Virus record (IMG/VR): IMGVR_UViG_3300025162_000043
Coordinates: 1-64,000 of that record
DNA: 64,000 bases
Origin: a virus
Reading direction: 5' to 3' (one strand)
Shown: piece after piece, positions 8,792 to 20,100 of the stretch
How the letters are laid out: every line of letters begins with the position of its first letter
Numbering within the stretch: the first letter of the stretch is position 1
The notes under the pieces: generated by a model
Database searches by the model: none
Seen by the model: the letters and a program-made list of their open reading frames with translations, nothing else
What the model was told of the DNA's origin: nothing
Translations under genes and position numbers: made by a program

Positions 8792-9102
8792 AATCTTCCA
8801 GTACCATTACAATCAGTGCATTTAACACTGGGATTAGTGCTAAAAGAATAATATCCATTTCCCGAACACTTACAACACTTAGGACTGACATAAAAACGTT
8901 GCAACTGTTCAACATGAATATATCGTGCGATGAATTGGTCCACAGTCTTAATTTCGACAGGAACAAACGTTGATTTCCAATGATTTTTCACCATGAGTTC
9001 CAGCATTTCAGCGTGTGAAGGTTTGTGGTCAATGAATACGGACTCTGACGCCCACTCATTCCACACTTCGTAAATTTTATGTTTCTTTGATAATTTAATC
9101 AT
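8746..9102 (-). CDS. Hypothetical protein with DnaJ-like CxxCxGxG zinc finger; C-terminal 14 aa derived from the IS cassette
   Basis: CCKCSGNG...CTDCNGTG; tail STTRDPEGSGLARL. Confidence 0.65.
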   Translation of the reverse strand: MIKLSKKHKIYEVWNEWASESVFIDHKPSHAEMLELMVKNHWKSTFVPVEIKTVDQFIARYIHVEQLQRFYVSPKCCKCSGNGYYSFSTNPSVKCTDCNGTGRLSTTRDPEGSGLARL

Positions 9103-9219
9103 GACAATATCCTATCACATGATGTTTCAGTTGTCAAGGTACAAGAAAAAAAAAGAGCGACCCGAAAGCCGCTCTGGGGGCGTTACCGCCCTCCACCATT
9201 TGGCATCACTGCCAAATCC

Positions 9220-9807
9220 TTAGAATTTTATTTGTAATCCCAGAAAGTAAGTAAGCGCATTGACTTCGGAGAACCCACCGCTTCTATCCGTATAAGGATA
9301 TTCAAGTCTTCCGACAATAGCCACATCCTTTTTCATCCACCATCGCAGACCCGCCTCGGGGGCAACTATCCACGTTGCTTCGGTGTCTCCATAAATAAGT
9401 CCAACATTAGCACCCGCAAACAAATCGACCGTTTTATATGTGAACAATGTCAAATCTGCATATGCCTTTGTACTAAGCAATACATTACCATTATTTTGGG
9501 ACGCATAAGAAATGCCTTGCCGAACACCAACTTCAACGTTATTCAGATAACTTTTATCTGATAACATAATACTCCTGCCAACACTCAAATCTACACCGAA
9601 TACACTTTGAGAATCTCCCTTTGTAGTAGTACCTCCAGAACCACCCAGGGTCAAAACCCAAGCGTCAGTAGGTACATCCACAGCAACCGTGGTTACTACC
9701 ACAGGAGCATTGGTTGATGCATTTACGGCGGTGCTTGCGGCAAATGCCGAAGTCGCAAGTAACAAGGCGCAGAATACGCCAACTATCATTTTATTAATTT
9801 TCTTCAT
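9220..9807 (-). CDS. Outer-membrane beta-barrel-like protein with signal peptide
   Basis: MKKINK..SAFA signal, alternating beta pattern, C-terminal YFLGLQIKF; AAGGA RBS. Confidence 0.7.
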   Translation of the reverse strand: MKKINKMIVGVFCALLLATSAFAASTAVNASTNAPVVVTTVAVDVPTDAWVLTLGGSGGTTTKGDSQSVFGVDLSVGRSIMLSDKSYLNNVEVGVRQGISYASQNNGNVLLSTKAYADLTLFTYKTVDLFAGANVGLIYGDTEATWIVAPEAGLRWWMKKDVAIVGRLEYPYTDRSGGFSEVNALTYFLGLQIKF

Positions 9808-10129
9808 TGTATTTTCCTTTGGTTGTGTTCTGGCCCTACTAAAATAGGCCATCTCATTTTCGGACCACATTATGCCCGAAATAAATTTAATTGTCAAGTC
9901 ATAAGTATCCGCGAATATTAAAAAAACTCTATGCCCACTCATATTTTATTTGGAACATTCCGAAATTATTAGTTATTATATTCCACCGTTAGTTGTAAGT
10001 TCCATCCATCGGGATGCACAGCATAATGAACATGATTATAAAAAGAATATGCTATGGTTTTGACACCATATTTCTCGCCTTCCCGCTCCCATTCCATATC
10101 GGCACCAGGGCATCCTCCTGAATGACAAA

Positions 10130-11202
10130 TCATAACATATCTCCCAGTAATCGAGCGTATGCTCCATTAGGAATGTTCCAAACCTCTGGTTGAATAATAG
10201 TCTGATAATATACTTGTCGTCGATTTCCCGTTTCAGCATAGAACAAATTCAGATAGACATCATTGCGGCCATAACAATATGGTTCATTATTGTCCCAACA
10301 ATCATGCCAGTAAGAATCCGCTTTTAATGCTCCATCATTTAGCCATTTCATCCAGAATTCATCGGTATCTACAACCGATGTTTCCGTTTTCCATTCAGTA
10401 TATGAGACTCTCATAATGTTATTGTCTTCCCCCGATATTCATCCACTATTTTCAAGATTCTATTCCATCTTTCTTCGGCATCTAATTCCATCGACATAAC
10501 CATTTTAATGGCATTAATACGTCTATCTCGAAGTTCAACATTATCCAGTCTTTCCATTTCCATATTTGCTTTAATGTTGGAATAATCAGTTACAAAAAAC
10601 ATCTCGCGATAAGTTCCCATACCTTGATTTCCAGCCAAAGATACCACCACGATAGGACTTCCAGATTCAATACAGGTATCTATTTGGCTTTCTATGGTAT
10701 TAGATTCCAATTCATATAACTCACCATCTTTACAGTAAAAAGGACGTAATCTTTCTCCAACTTCACCAAACGCTTTGGCCCCATTTGTCACGTCTTTTAT
10801 GACGCCAGTTACCTTTGTCCGAACATACGCAATTATTTCCTCTCTCGTGCCACTATTAATTTCGATTGGTTTCATATTTTATTTATTTGATTCTAACTTC
10901 TCTATTAATTTTAACATGAGAAATTGATACGTTGGGTCTGGAATAACTTCATGATGTATAGGATATTCAATCTTCGTTTTTCGGACATTCCGAATTTCCA
11001 TTCGCAAAACATTTATGTCATTCGGATGTAATCTGCTTATGGTCACATTTGCCAGAAACACAGTTAGACAAACCTCGGCGATTTCATCAAGGTCTATTAC
11101 ATTCATAAACACCACCATATCATGGATGGATGCTTGAAATTCTTCATTTTGTAGAAACTTTATAAATTGTTCCTCGGCATATTTAGATAGTTGCTCGCTC
11201 AT
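10130..11202 (-). CDS. Three hypothetical ORFs (10130-10414, 10411-10875, 10879-11202)
   Basis: Operon-like packing. Confidence 0.6.
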
Positions 11203-11211
11203 ATAAACCTA

Positions 11212-11808
11212 TTATTGCTTTTTAACATAACAAGGAATCTTATCATAATCAAGTCCATGAGCTTTACATAAATCTCGGCATTTTATAAATGCTTGACCAG
11301 CTTCCGCAGGATTTGAACTCTGAGCAAGAGCTTTGAGTTTTTTTATTCGGTCAAACATGTCGAACGAAACTTTCCCATAAAGATATTCCTCCAAATCAGG
11401 AGTGTCTTTCAGAATAGTTTTTTCAATGTCGTCTTCACGTAACGACCCAAATTGTTCATTCAACTTATTCCTCTTTTCATAATGTTGAGGTCCATAATGA
11501 GGATCGTTATCCGATTCCCTAAGCATAAAATACAATAAATTCAGAATAGGCGTATAAACCGTTGGAAGAAATCCATGATACTGTTGCATCACGTCATTCT
11601 CCGATAACCCATGTGATGCTCCCTCGGATAAAAGTTTGGCACGCTTCTCTGTTCCATCTAAAATTTCATCTCTATACCTATCTCCATACAAATTCGCAAT
11701 TTCCAAGAGATTCTTTTTATCTTGTTTGATTTCCGTTACCTTCCTGGAAATACGTCTTCCGAATTCTGAATCGGATTGCATTATAGAAATAAGCGATAAA
11801 CTACTCAT
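11212..11808 (-). CDS. Hypothetical protein with C-terminal DUF2786-like domain
   Basis: DRIKKLKALAQSSNPAEAGQAF..C..L...HGL. Confidence 0.6.
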   Translation of the reverse strand: MSSLSLISIMQSDSEFGRRISRKVTEIKQDKKNLLEIANLYGDRYRDEILDGTEKRAKLLSEGASHGLSENDVMQQYHGFLPTVYTPILNLLYFMLRESDNDPHYGPQHYEKRNKLNEQFGSLREDDIEKTILKDTPDLEEYLYGKVSFDMFDRIKKLKALAQSSNPAEAGQAFIKCRDLCKAHGLDYDKIPCYVKKQ

Positions 11809-11816
11809 AATTTTAT

Positions 11817-12431
11817 TTAATAAAGATGAACATAACCCGTACACTTTTGCGATATATCACTCCATTTTCGAATATCTCTGAATCCAACACATATTCCATC
11901 ATCTATTATTGGCGTCATCCATTTATTATGTTGAATATCATACACTTTAATAGAATTCAATTTATTCAAACTATCTTGCCAAGTACTATAACCATCACAA
12001 TATTTTGTACAGATAATCTTTGAATAAAATTCTCCTTTTTCTTTTTGATGTGGAAGTGTAGTTTCTACAATATCATACAAAAAAAATTGGGAATACATTA
12101 TCTTCCAATCTATAGTATTGTATCGCAAGCAAGCATACCACTCATTTTTATCATTTTTAAGAATAAATGGCCATCGCGGATAAAGCCAATAATCATTGCC
12201 GTTATAAGTAAAAAATTTACTATTATATTCCTTTAAAAACACATCTTCATCTTCTACATATATAAACCCATTTTTATCACAATATGTCCTCAATTCGTCA
12301 ATTGTAAATAAACTCTTATTACACCGCTTCTTATTTGAGTTTCCTATTGATATATACGGAAATGCTACTGCTATTGCCGATGTTACCGTTGCTGATTTAA
12401 TAAAGTTTCTTCTATTCATAATTTTATTCAA
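11817..12431 (-). CDS. Hypothetical protein with Tat-like signal
   Basis: MNRRNFIKSA followed by a hydrophobic stretch. Confidence 0.55.
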   Translation of the reverse strand: MNKIMNRRNFIKSATVTSAIAVAFPYISIGNSNKKRCNKSLFTIDELRTYCDKNGFIYVEDEDVFLKEYNSKFFTYNGNDYWLYPRWPFILKNDKNEWYACLRYNTIDWKIMYSQFFLYDIVETTLPHQKEKGEFYSKIICTKYCDGYSTWQDSLNKLNSIKVYDIQHNKWMTPIIDDGICVGFRDIRKWSDISQKCTGYVHLY

Positions 12432-13880
12432 ATATCATGGAGCTTAGGGAGATTCACCGCATTTCTTATAGTTCCTATCACCCACCATTCCTTCCCATTT
12501 TTATATTCTGCCATAAGATGATTTCCACTTACAGAATATCTATAGAAATCCTTTATTTCTGACATTCCTTTAACAAAATCTATTTCCAACAATTCTTCGG
12601 TTGTATCAAATCCTACCATTTGGTTATCACTCAAAAAATAATCGTGAGTGTGAGATATAATGCGATTTTTTCTAATTGGTTGATTTAGCGGATCATAATT
12701 CACACATTGTTTATTATGACCACCCTCTATTATATCCCCACAACATTCAAATGTCGGCTTATAATTCTTTCTTACTTCCTCTTCTTCTAACTTTCGTTTA
12801 ATCTTATTGGACCGAAGTTCATTATACCATTCTATAGTATCCATATTTTATTCAACTTTTTCTAAAACAAATCTAAATTTACCAGATTTTGAGTCAGTAT
12901 AGAATTCATTCATTTTATCTTCTTCAGTAATTATAGAAATGACGTTTCCATCATTAATATTTATTACATACATCTTATGTGTCTTTCCATCCCTTACATG
13001 TTCCGAAAAAAGATATTTCCAGAAGTTAAATCCTCGTTCAGATAATAATTCATCGGAAATAATAACAGGTTCCCGCTTCAATATATAATCATCAAAGAAG
13101 TTGCGAGCTAATCCCTTATCCCACTTAAAATTCCATAAATGTTTATTTTCAATACCTTTTATAGGATCACTTATACGAATAAAGGAATATTCCATACTGA
13201 TAAACGGCTTATCTTTATCCATCAAATAATAAGTAATATTATCTCCGTCGGCATTATAAAATAATCGATAGGTAAAACTACTAAGCTTATAATCCCCAAT
13301 CTCTTTACATTTCTCTTCTACCCACACTGCATCCTGAGCATTTAATATAACATCATCACATCGATAATTGCCCCGGTAATATTTATTAGGCATCTCCGTC
13401 AGATTATATGTCTCTAACATATATTCGTTGTAATTGAAATTATGCGGGTCAAACATATCAACATTTACTTGGAATTTCAAGTTTAATGCCACAAATTTTA
13501 TATCGAATTACATCGTACCACTGCGGAATTTCCGATAAGTCAAACGTCTGTTTTCCTATGATTAATTTCGCTTTAGGTTTTATTTCATGTATTCCTGCAA
13601 GTTGTTGAAACCGACATCGACACGGACAAGGTTTCTCTTGATTCCAAGAAATCATCAAATTCTGAAAAAAAGATGATTTCTTAACCTTTAATGGTTCATC
13701 ATCACTTTCTAATTCGTCAATTAAATCGTCAATCTCTTCTCGTTTCGATCCCGGTTGACAGGGCAATTTAACTGTAATATCATCAAAAAATATGTTTCCA
13801 TTCTTCGGCGCATTGTCCCGAAGTGCCTTCGTATCATCAAGTGCTTGTTTTATTATCGGATTATTTGTTATTGTGTTCAT
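12428..13880 (-). CDS. Three hypothetical ORFs (12428-12844, 12848-13492, 13458-13880)
   Basis: Contiguous minus-strand ORFs. Confidence 0.6.
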
Positions 13881-15025
13881 AGGACTCCTTCCATTGGCTG
13901 ACAGAACTGACTCCACTTCTCAGGAGGCGGAGAAACTACTCCTATAATCCCGCCAACAATAGCGCAATTTGTATCTACATCACCGAACGCCATTGAAGTT
14001 TCAATGATAGCTTTTTCATACAATTCAGGTGACTTCCCGTTAAGCGTCAAATGTTTAATCACAAGGTAACAACAAAGCGGCACTGTGTCCTGACATGTAA
14101 CGTGGGTGCCATTCCCAAGGATTTGTATAACCTTGCTAATCGGCATATCATACGGCAAATCCCTCGCTTTGGCAATTCCATTCCACACTTGACCTTTAAG
14201 AGTAAGGCGTAAGAGATTCTGGTAGAAAATCTTGTCTTGATTCGGATAGTCAAGATAGTTGTTAATAGCTGCATCTGTCACATTATGAGACAGGGTAGTA
14301 ACAGCAATTGACCCCGCAATCCCTTCTGGATGACAATGGGTTACTTCGGCTTGTAATGCTGCCTCTGAAACAATTCGTTTCTCAAATCCACATAAACTAC
14401 TACCCTCGGACCATGCGTCTTCATCTCCATGCCACGTAGGCGCAAGAAACGCACCCAATGGGGCAACTCTCATGGCAGAACCATTGCCACAGGAACCTTG
14501 AAGTTCACCTCCCGTTTCGCCTTTCTTCTGCCTTTCCAAAACAAGATTGACCTCATGCATTGCTGCCTTCGTATCTTTCCCTTGGGAAAGACTATCAACC
14601 AAGCTATCAATGTGAGACGGCATACCTTCCGATTTTGGTTTAATAAACTTATTGGCAACTGGCCACGGAATTCCCTCGTAGATGTCTCGGAGAACTTTGC
14701 GAGTGTTGAGTCCATAACCGAAAATTTCTCCGTCGGGATCTCGCGTCATATATCGAGTCGCAAACTCCATAGCCAATTTATTTTGATTAATATATGGACT
14801 ACTTTTAACGTCAACCGCCATTAAATGATTAAAAATTACAATCGACTCTTCCGTATCATCCGAATATTGAAATTGCTTTTGAAACTTATTCAACTGTCCC
14901 CCAAACTGTTTCATTCCTTTTTCAAGAGCTTTAAGTATATCACCTACAGCGTACATTTGGCCCAAATTTCCAATACAATCTCCGACCCATAATCCTTCCA
15001 GTGATCTCTTTGCATAATTTATCAT
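13877..15025 (-). CDS. ADP-ribosylglycohydrolase (DraG/ARH family)
   Basis: GLWVGDCIG, YSDDTE, GSCGNGSAMRVAP, VTHCHPEG, GDVDTNCAIVGG. Confidence 0.92.
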   Translation of the reverse strand: MINYAKRSLEGLWVGDCIGNLGQMYAVGDILKALEKGMKQFGGQLNKFQKQFQYSDDTEESIVIFNHLMAVDVKSSPYINQNKLAMEFATRYMTRDPDGEIFGYGLNTRKVLRDIYEGIPWPVANKFIKPKSEGMPSHIDSLVDSLSQGKDTKAAMHEVNLVLERQKKGETGGELQGSCGNGSAMRVAPLGAFLAPTWHGDEDAWSEGSSLCGFEKRIVSEAALQAEVTHCHPEGIAGSIAVTTLSHNVTDAAINNYLDYPNQDKIFYQNLLRLTLKGQVWNGIAKARDLPYDMPISKVIQILGNGTHVTCQDTVPLCCYLVIKHLTLNGKSPELYEKAIIETSMAFGDVDTNCAIVGGIIGVVSPPPEKWSQFCQPMEGVL

Positions 15026-15059
15026 GTTTATATTCTTTCTGTGTATGTATTTCTATATG

Positions 15060-15395
15060 TTATTGTAACTTCTTCAGTGGTTTTAACGGAGTAAAACGTT
15101 TCGACGTTTCAATATCAGCATTGATCCTGTCTTGTATTTCTACAAGTTTTTGCTTCAAACGCTCTCGTCGCTGTGTTAACACCGTGAACATCTTAAGATT
15201 GTGTAAATATAACCCCTCATTTCGTGGATTTTTGAATTGTGGATTGGGGCCAATAGCGGCGAGTTCAAGCTCTATTTTAGGAATTTGCTCATCAATCTGC
15301 GTAATCATATCCTTCGTGCGATTATAGTAATCTATCACAGTTAGATTGTCAAGCAGGTTTCCTCTTACAAATCCAAACTCTTTCTCTTCTCCCAT
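15060..15395 (-). CDS. Hypothetical coiled-coil protein
   Basis: ORF track. Confidence 0.55.
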   Translation of the reverse strand: MGEEKEFGFVRGNLLDNLTVIDYYNRTKDMITQIDEQIPKIELELAAIGPNPQFKNPRNEGLYLHNLKMFTVLTQRRERLKQKLVEIQDRINADIETSKRFTPLKPLKKLQ

Positions 15396-15398
15396 AGG

Positions 15399-16463
15399 TT
15401 ATCTCCTATTACGATCTTCTACAAAAGTATAAAGCACTCTCGCCGTTGCTACTACTTCTTCGGGCGAAATTTTATTATCCCTATTATTGTGAAGTAATAC
15501 CGTTACGGCGCACTCTAAAATATCTTCCCTAATTTCAAACGCGTTTCGCCCTGCCACAGGCTGGCGACGTGAATAAACATCTTCAGTTTGAATTGTATCA
15601 TTCCCAACACTTGGATGTAGAGGTGCTCCCACGAGTTTTTGAATGCGTTTCTTATCTAAGACTAATGTGTTTCCGACCATGACTTTCTCCCCATCTTTCT
15701 CGATTGGAACATTTGTCTCGGGACGATTTTGCGAATGAATAACTGTATTGAAAAATTTAAATGGTAACGGAGGTTTTCCTTCGGCAATATAAGTAATAAC
15801 AAAATCTCGGGTATCATCAAACTCAATTTTAATATGAGAATTGAATTCCTGAAGTTTTTTTAAAGCATCACTGGGAAGTTGAGATAGAATAAGTTCTCTG
15901 TCCACCAATGGAAGTCCATTAAGACTAATGGATTCGGATTCATTAATTGACAACATCACACACAAAACTACCGACCCCTCATAAGTAAGATATTTAGGAT
16001 AGGTTGCAATTTTCTCTTTGAAAGTTTCTATTAACTTCTTGGTTTCAACCAGATTTTTGGTTTGTTCAATTGGGATTCCGCTGGAAAAATTAGGAGGAAA
16101 TGTTTTCAGAGTTCCACCAACTTCTGCAATGATAGCTTTGAGATCAGACGTAGTAAGTCCCTCTTGAGCTTTCTCCACAAGGGCAATTCGAGCAGCAATG
16201 CGCTCTTTTTGACCGTCGGCATAAAACTGTGCGGATGATGATAGCTCTTTTTTGCCTGTGGGAATCTGACAGCCCCGCTCTTCTGGTTGTGCCGCGAACT
16301 TTTCTGAGATATTCTTGAGCAAGGTAGTAGCAAGTTCTTTTTCTCGGGGGGATTTAGCTTGCTCCAAAATCGCAGTTGCTTTGGCGACGTGCTCGGGGGA
16401 CGGAAACATCTGACTCAAAGCTTTTTCTTGACGATCCCGCTCTTCTGGCGTATTATTCTGCAT
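15399..16463 (-). CDS. Hypothetical protein
   Basis: Long ORF, AAGGA RBS before ATG 16463. Confidence 0.7.
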   Translation of the reverse strand: MQNNTPEERDRQEKALSQMFPSPEHVAKATAILEQAKSPREKELATTLLKNISEKFAAQPEERGCQIPTGKKELSSSAQFYADGQKERIAARIALVEKAQEGLTTSDLKAIIAEVGGTLKTFPPNFSSGIPIEQTKNLVETKKLIETFKEKIATYPKYLTYEGSVVLCVMLSINESESISLNGLPLVDRELILSQLPSDALKKLQEFNSHIKIEFDDTRDFVITYIAEGKPPLPFKFFNTVIHSQNRPETNVPIEKDGEKVMVGNTLVLDKKRIQKLVGAPLHPSVGNDTIQTEDVYSRRQPVAGRNAFEIREDILECAVTVLLHNNRDNKISPEEVVATARVLYTFVEDRNRR

Positions 16464-16633
16464 ATGACTATCCTTTCTGTGTGTGATTTCCAAAATGGAA
16501 ATGTGTGTATTCTGCTAATACATAGAACACATCCATTAAAAACAGAAATAAAAATATTATTTTCTGTGTTTTTCGTAAAAACAAATATATGGCTTCTCAA
16601 TTAATAGAACATTCGCATGACTATTTATAACAA

Positions 16634-17104
16634 ATGACGCAAAACTTATTTAATAAACTACAATCAAATTTTAATACGTTTATTCGCGAAGCATCCAATC
16701 TCTTGCCAGAGCATTCAAACGATTTTACATTCAATTCGTCCCATATTGGAAGAAGACTGAATGATATTGCCAAAGACATTCAAATCAAGTCCATGATTGG
16801 AAGTGGAATACCAGAAGAAATCATTAAGAAATCCCTTCGAGGAAAGAAGTGGGGATGGGAAGTTTCTGTAAATAAAATATTTGATTTGGAGAAAACATTC
16901 ATATTTGGTTACGGCGACAATGAGATCGGATATAAGATTAGTTTCACCGATACACTTGGAAATGAATTCATATGTCTTGTTAATACAAACTTTGAACTAG
17001 AACTCGGAAATCATTGTGTTATTGACGGAACTATTTCGGAAATTACTCCCGATAGAAATCAAATCCGACTCAACCGTGTAAAAATCATCAGAAAAACACA
17101 ATGA
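16634..17104 (+). CDS. Hypothetical protein, OB-fold-like C-terminus
   Basis: FTDTLGNEF...VIDGTI...IRLNRVK; TATTTATA motif upstream. Confidence 0.55.
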   Translation: MTQNLFNKLQSNFNTFIREASNLLPEHSNDFTFNSSHIGRRLNDIAKDIQIKSMIGSGIPEEIIKKSLRGKKWGWEVSVNKIFDLEKTFIFGYGDNEIGYKISFTDTLGNEFICLVNTNFELELGNHCVIDGTISEITPDRNQIRLNRVKIIRKTQ

Positions 17105-20100
17105 TTACTTGAGCAATTTTGCTGTATGAGGATGCTCCATTATCATACTCACTAAATCTTTAATTATTCCTTCTTCGATAAATACTGAATACTTATCCCA
17201 CAAGAATTGCATTAAGTCTTTGACCGTATTATGATAGTATGGTCCATCCTCAGGAGTCTTCCAATACGCTCCTATACCACTTGCGAAGAAAAATGCACGA
17301 TCAGTTCCTCCTTTATTTTCATATATAACTTTGAAGGCAATATCCGTATCTGGTCCATCGTTGATTTTCTCCACGAACCCTATCTTAGCCAACGTATGAA
17401 CATCATCGGAATTCAATGCGATGGAAGTATTCGGCGGAACATCTGCCCAATAATTCTTCCACCATTCGGCATAGTCCGTACCACTATATGTCATCTCGCC
17501 CGTAACCTTTGGTTTTTTTTGAGTAGATGGTTTATGTTTGTTCCACAAAAACTCCATTCCTTCTTTTACGGATGAAAACTTCGTGGGGTCTGTACTAATA
17601 ACTAACAACGGCGCATTCGCGTCGGGTGTCGTCCACGTTCTCCACTGCGAAGTACCATCATCAAATACTTCAAACACTTCGTCTATAGTATCGGAGATTT
17701 TCTTGAAATATCCTTTGACGTTCGTATCCCGCTCGAATCCTATAGACTTAAGAACATTTTCATCATACAGATTCACCGTAGTTGGGTAATGATGCGAATC
17801 CTTTATTTTGTAAGTAGCACCGCTATATGGCATATCTTCCATATCCTCAGTGCCCGCCAACACTTTCTTTTTTTCATTTCCTTGTATGCTTGGCTTGAAT
17901 TTATCCCATAAGAACTGTAAACATTCCTTCACAGTAGGGAATTGATCCTTCTTCGTCCCAGTTCCCATATCATTTATACTTGCATGACCGTCAGCAAAAA
18001 ATTCAACAAATTGCCCAATCCCCGTTTTCTCATACCATATCACATTTTCAGTTTTCACACGGACAAACCCCATTTTATTCAAGGTTTCTTCGTCTTGTGG
18101 AATAAGACTAATAGTAGTGTAAACAGGCTTTTTCTTCGGGTCTTCAGATGGTTGATTATAATCATGCCCACTATATGGAACTTCATCTGACTGTTTCGCA
18201 GACCCCTTGTTCTTCCATAGCCAACGAATAGGCATTTCAATCTCTTGCCAATTTTGAGTGGGCTGACCATTCTTGTCGCTCCAATACTCCGTAAATCCAG
18301 AAGGATGGAATATCATCTTTTCATTTCCATTTTCATAGGAATATCCAACCTTACTATTACCTACTTCGTTCCAACCCATTTGCTTTAACGTATGCACTTC
18401 GGCTAGATGTATGCTCATACCCTTGCCAGTCCCTATAACTTTCAATGCCACCTTGCCCCATTGCAAATAGTCAGTCCCTGACCACGGCATATCCTCAGTG
18501 CCCGCCAACACTTTCTTTTTTTTGTTTCCTTTTATGCTCGGTGACCCCCCAAATAAGGTTTCCAATTTTTCAATAGCTTCTGGCACACTCAGAGTCCACT
18601 CCTCCAAAATTTTGTGGTATCCTTTCGTCGGCTTTGCATTACTCTTAGTAAACTCTATCGTTTGTTTCTCAACATGATAATTAATAGCGTATTGAAACGT
18701 CGATGTAAACTTCGTGAATAGAATCGGATAACTCTTCGGAGAGTTTGTATCAATATATTTAAATCCAAATTCTTTTATCTTTTCTTTTATCTTTTCTACT
18801 ATAGGTTCTTTCTCATGCGCGGTTGATAAAGGCGATGTTATCCACAACTGTTCCATAACACTCTTGACTGTGATAAAATCAAACTTTTTACCAGTACTAT
18901 CAATCATTCGAGCATGTCCATTCACGAAAAAGTATATGATGTCACCATTTTTACTATTGGAATAATAATAGGCATCATTGTTATCTTGTGATGTAACCCA
19001 TCCTAATTTCTGCATCACCAAATCATCGGCAGGCACAAGCTTAATGGTAGCATCGGGATTGTGCTTTGTATTTTTAGCCCATCCAGAATAATCATATTCC
19101 GAAAATGGCATTGGAGATGAAACTTTTCCTTTTGTCGATGTCCCAATCTCTTGTGGAGGAAGAATTTTTCCTTTTATCGTTGTCCCTATACCAGAAGTTG
19201 TCCCTGTGCCGCTTGGCTTGAATTTATCCCATAAGAACTGTAAACATTCCTTCACAGTAGGGAATTGATCCTTTTTCGTCCCAATTCCCATATCCTTTAT
19301 ACTTGCATGACCATCCCCAAAAAATTCGACAAGTTGTGCAATCCCCACTTTCTCATACCATATCATATGTTCAGTTTGCACACGGTGAAATCCCATTTTA
19401 TTCAAGGTTTCTTCGTCTTGTAGAATAAGACTAATAGTAGTATAAACAGGCTTTTTCTTCGGGTCTTTAGATGGCTGATTATAATCATGCCCACTATATG
19501 GAACTTCATCTGACTGTTTTAATGACGACATCGTTGAATGTTCAGGTGTAGATGCTTCAAAGTTCTTAGATGCAGACCATAGGATGGCGTCATAAAAATT
19601 TGTAAACTTCTTTTCCTTCACTTCTTCATATCCCTCACTGTTATCAGGCCGCATTAATTGCGCCTGTGCTTGTCCATTCCCAAAAAACGTAATGCATACT
19701 TTAAGTCCTCCACTGCCGAAGGCATGTTCATATCTCGTTTCTTCTGACACATAGATAAATCCTTGGAGGATAAGTTCAGCAGAAAGATCAGTGGCAAGAA
19801 GCAATTTGATTCCACTCGTGTTATGATCTTCCAATACATGAAGGCCATATGTCAAACTCTCAAACACGAAAGAACCAAGCAGCCTGTCTACTCCAGCAGT
19901 ATCATAAAGACAGAACTCCATAGTATGATTAGGAAACACCACTACCACTTCCTTGATTTTCAACGTCGTTTTATTATCAGGTAGAAGTTTATCGAAATAC
20001 AAGTCATTAGGCACTAATTTGTTCGTCTGTTCTGCAAACCCAATTATCTTCATCTTACTTTTAAGTTGATCTATCTCATACTTTGACAAAGGATGGAATC

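Noticed and set aside
17888-19520. Duplications as DGR template/variable repeats
   Set aside because: Both copies are in-frame coding, the differences are not adenine-specific by eye, and there is no reverse transcriptase in the window.
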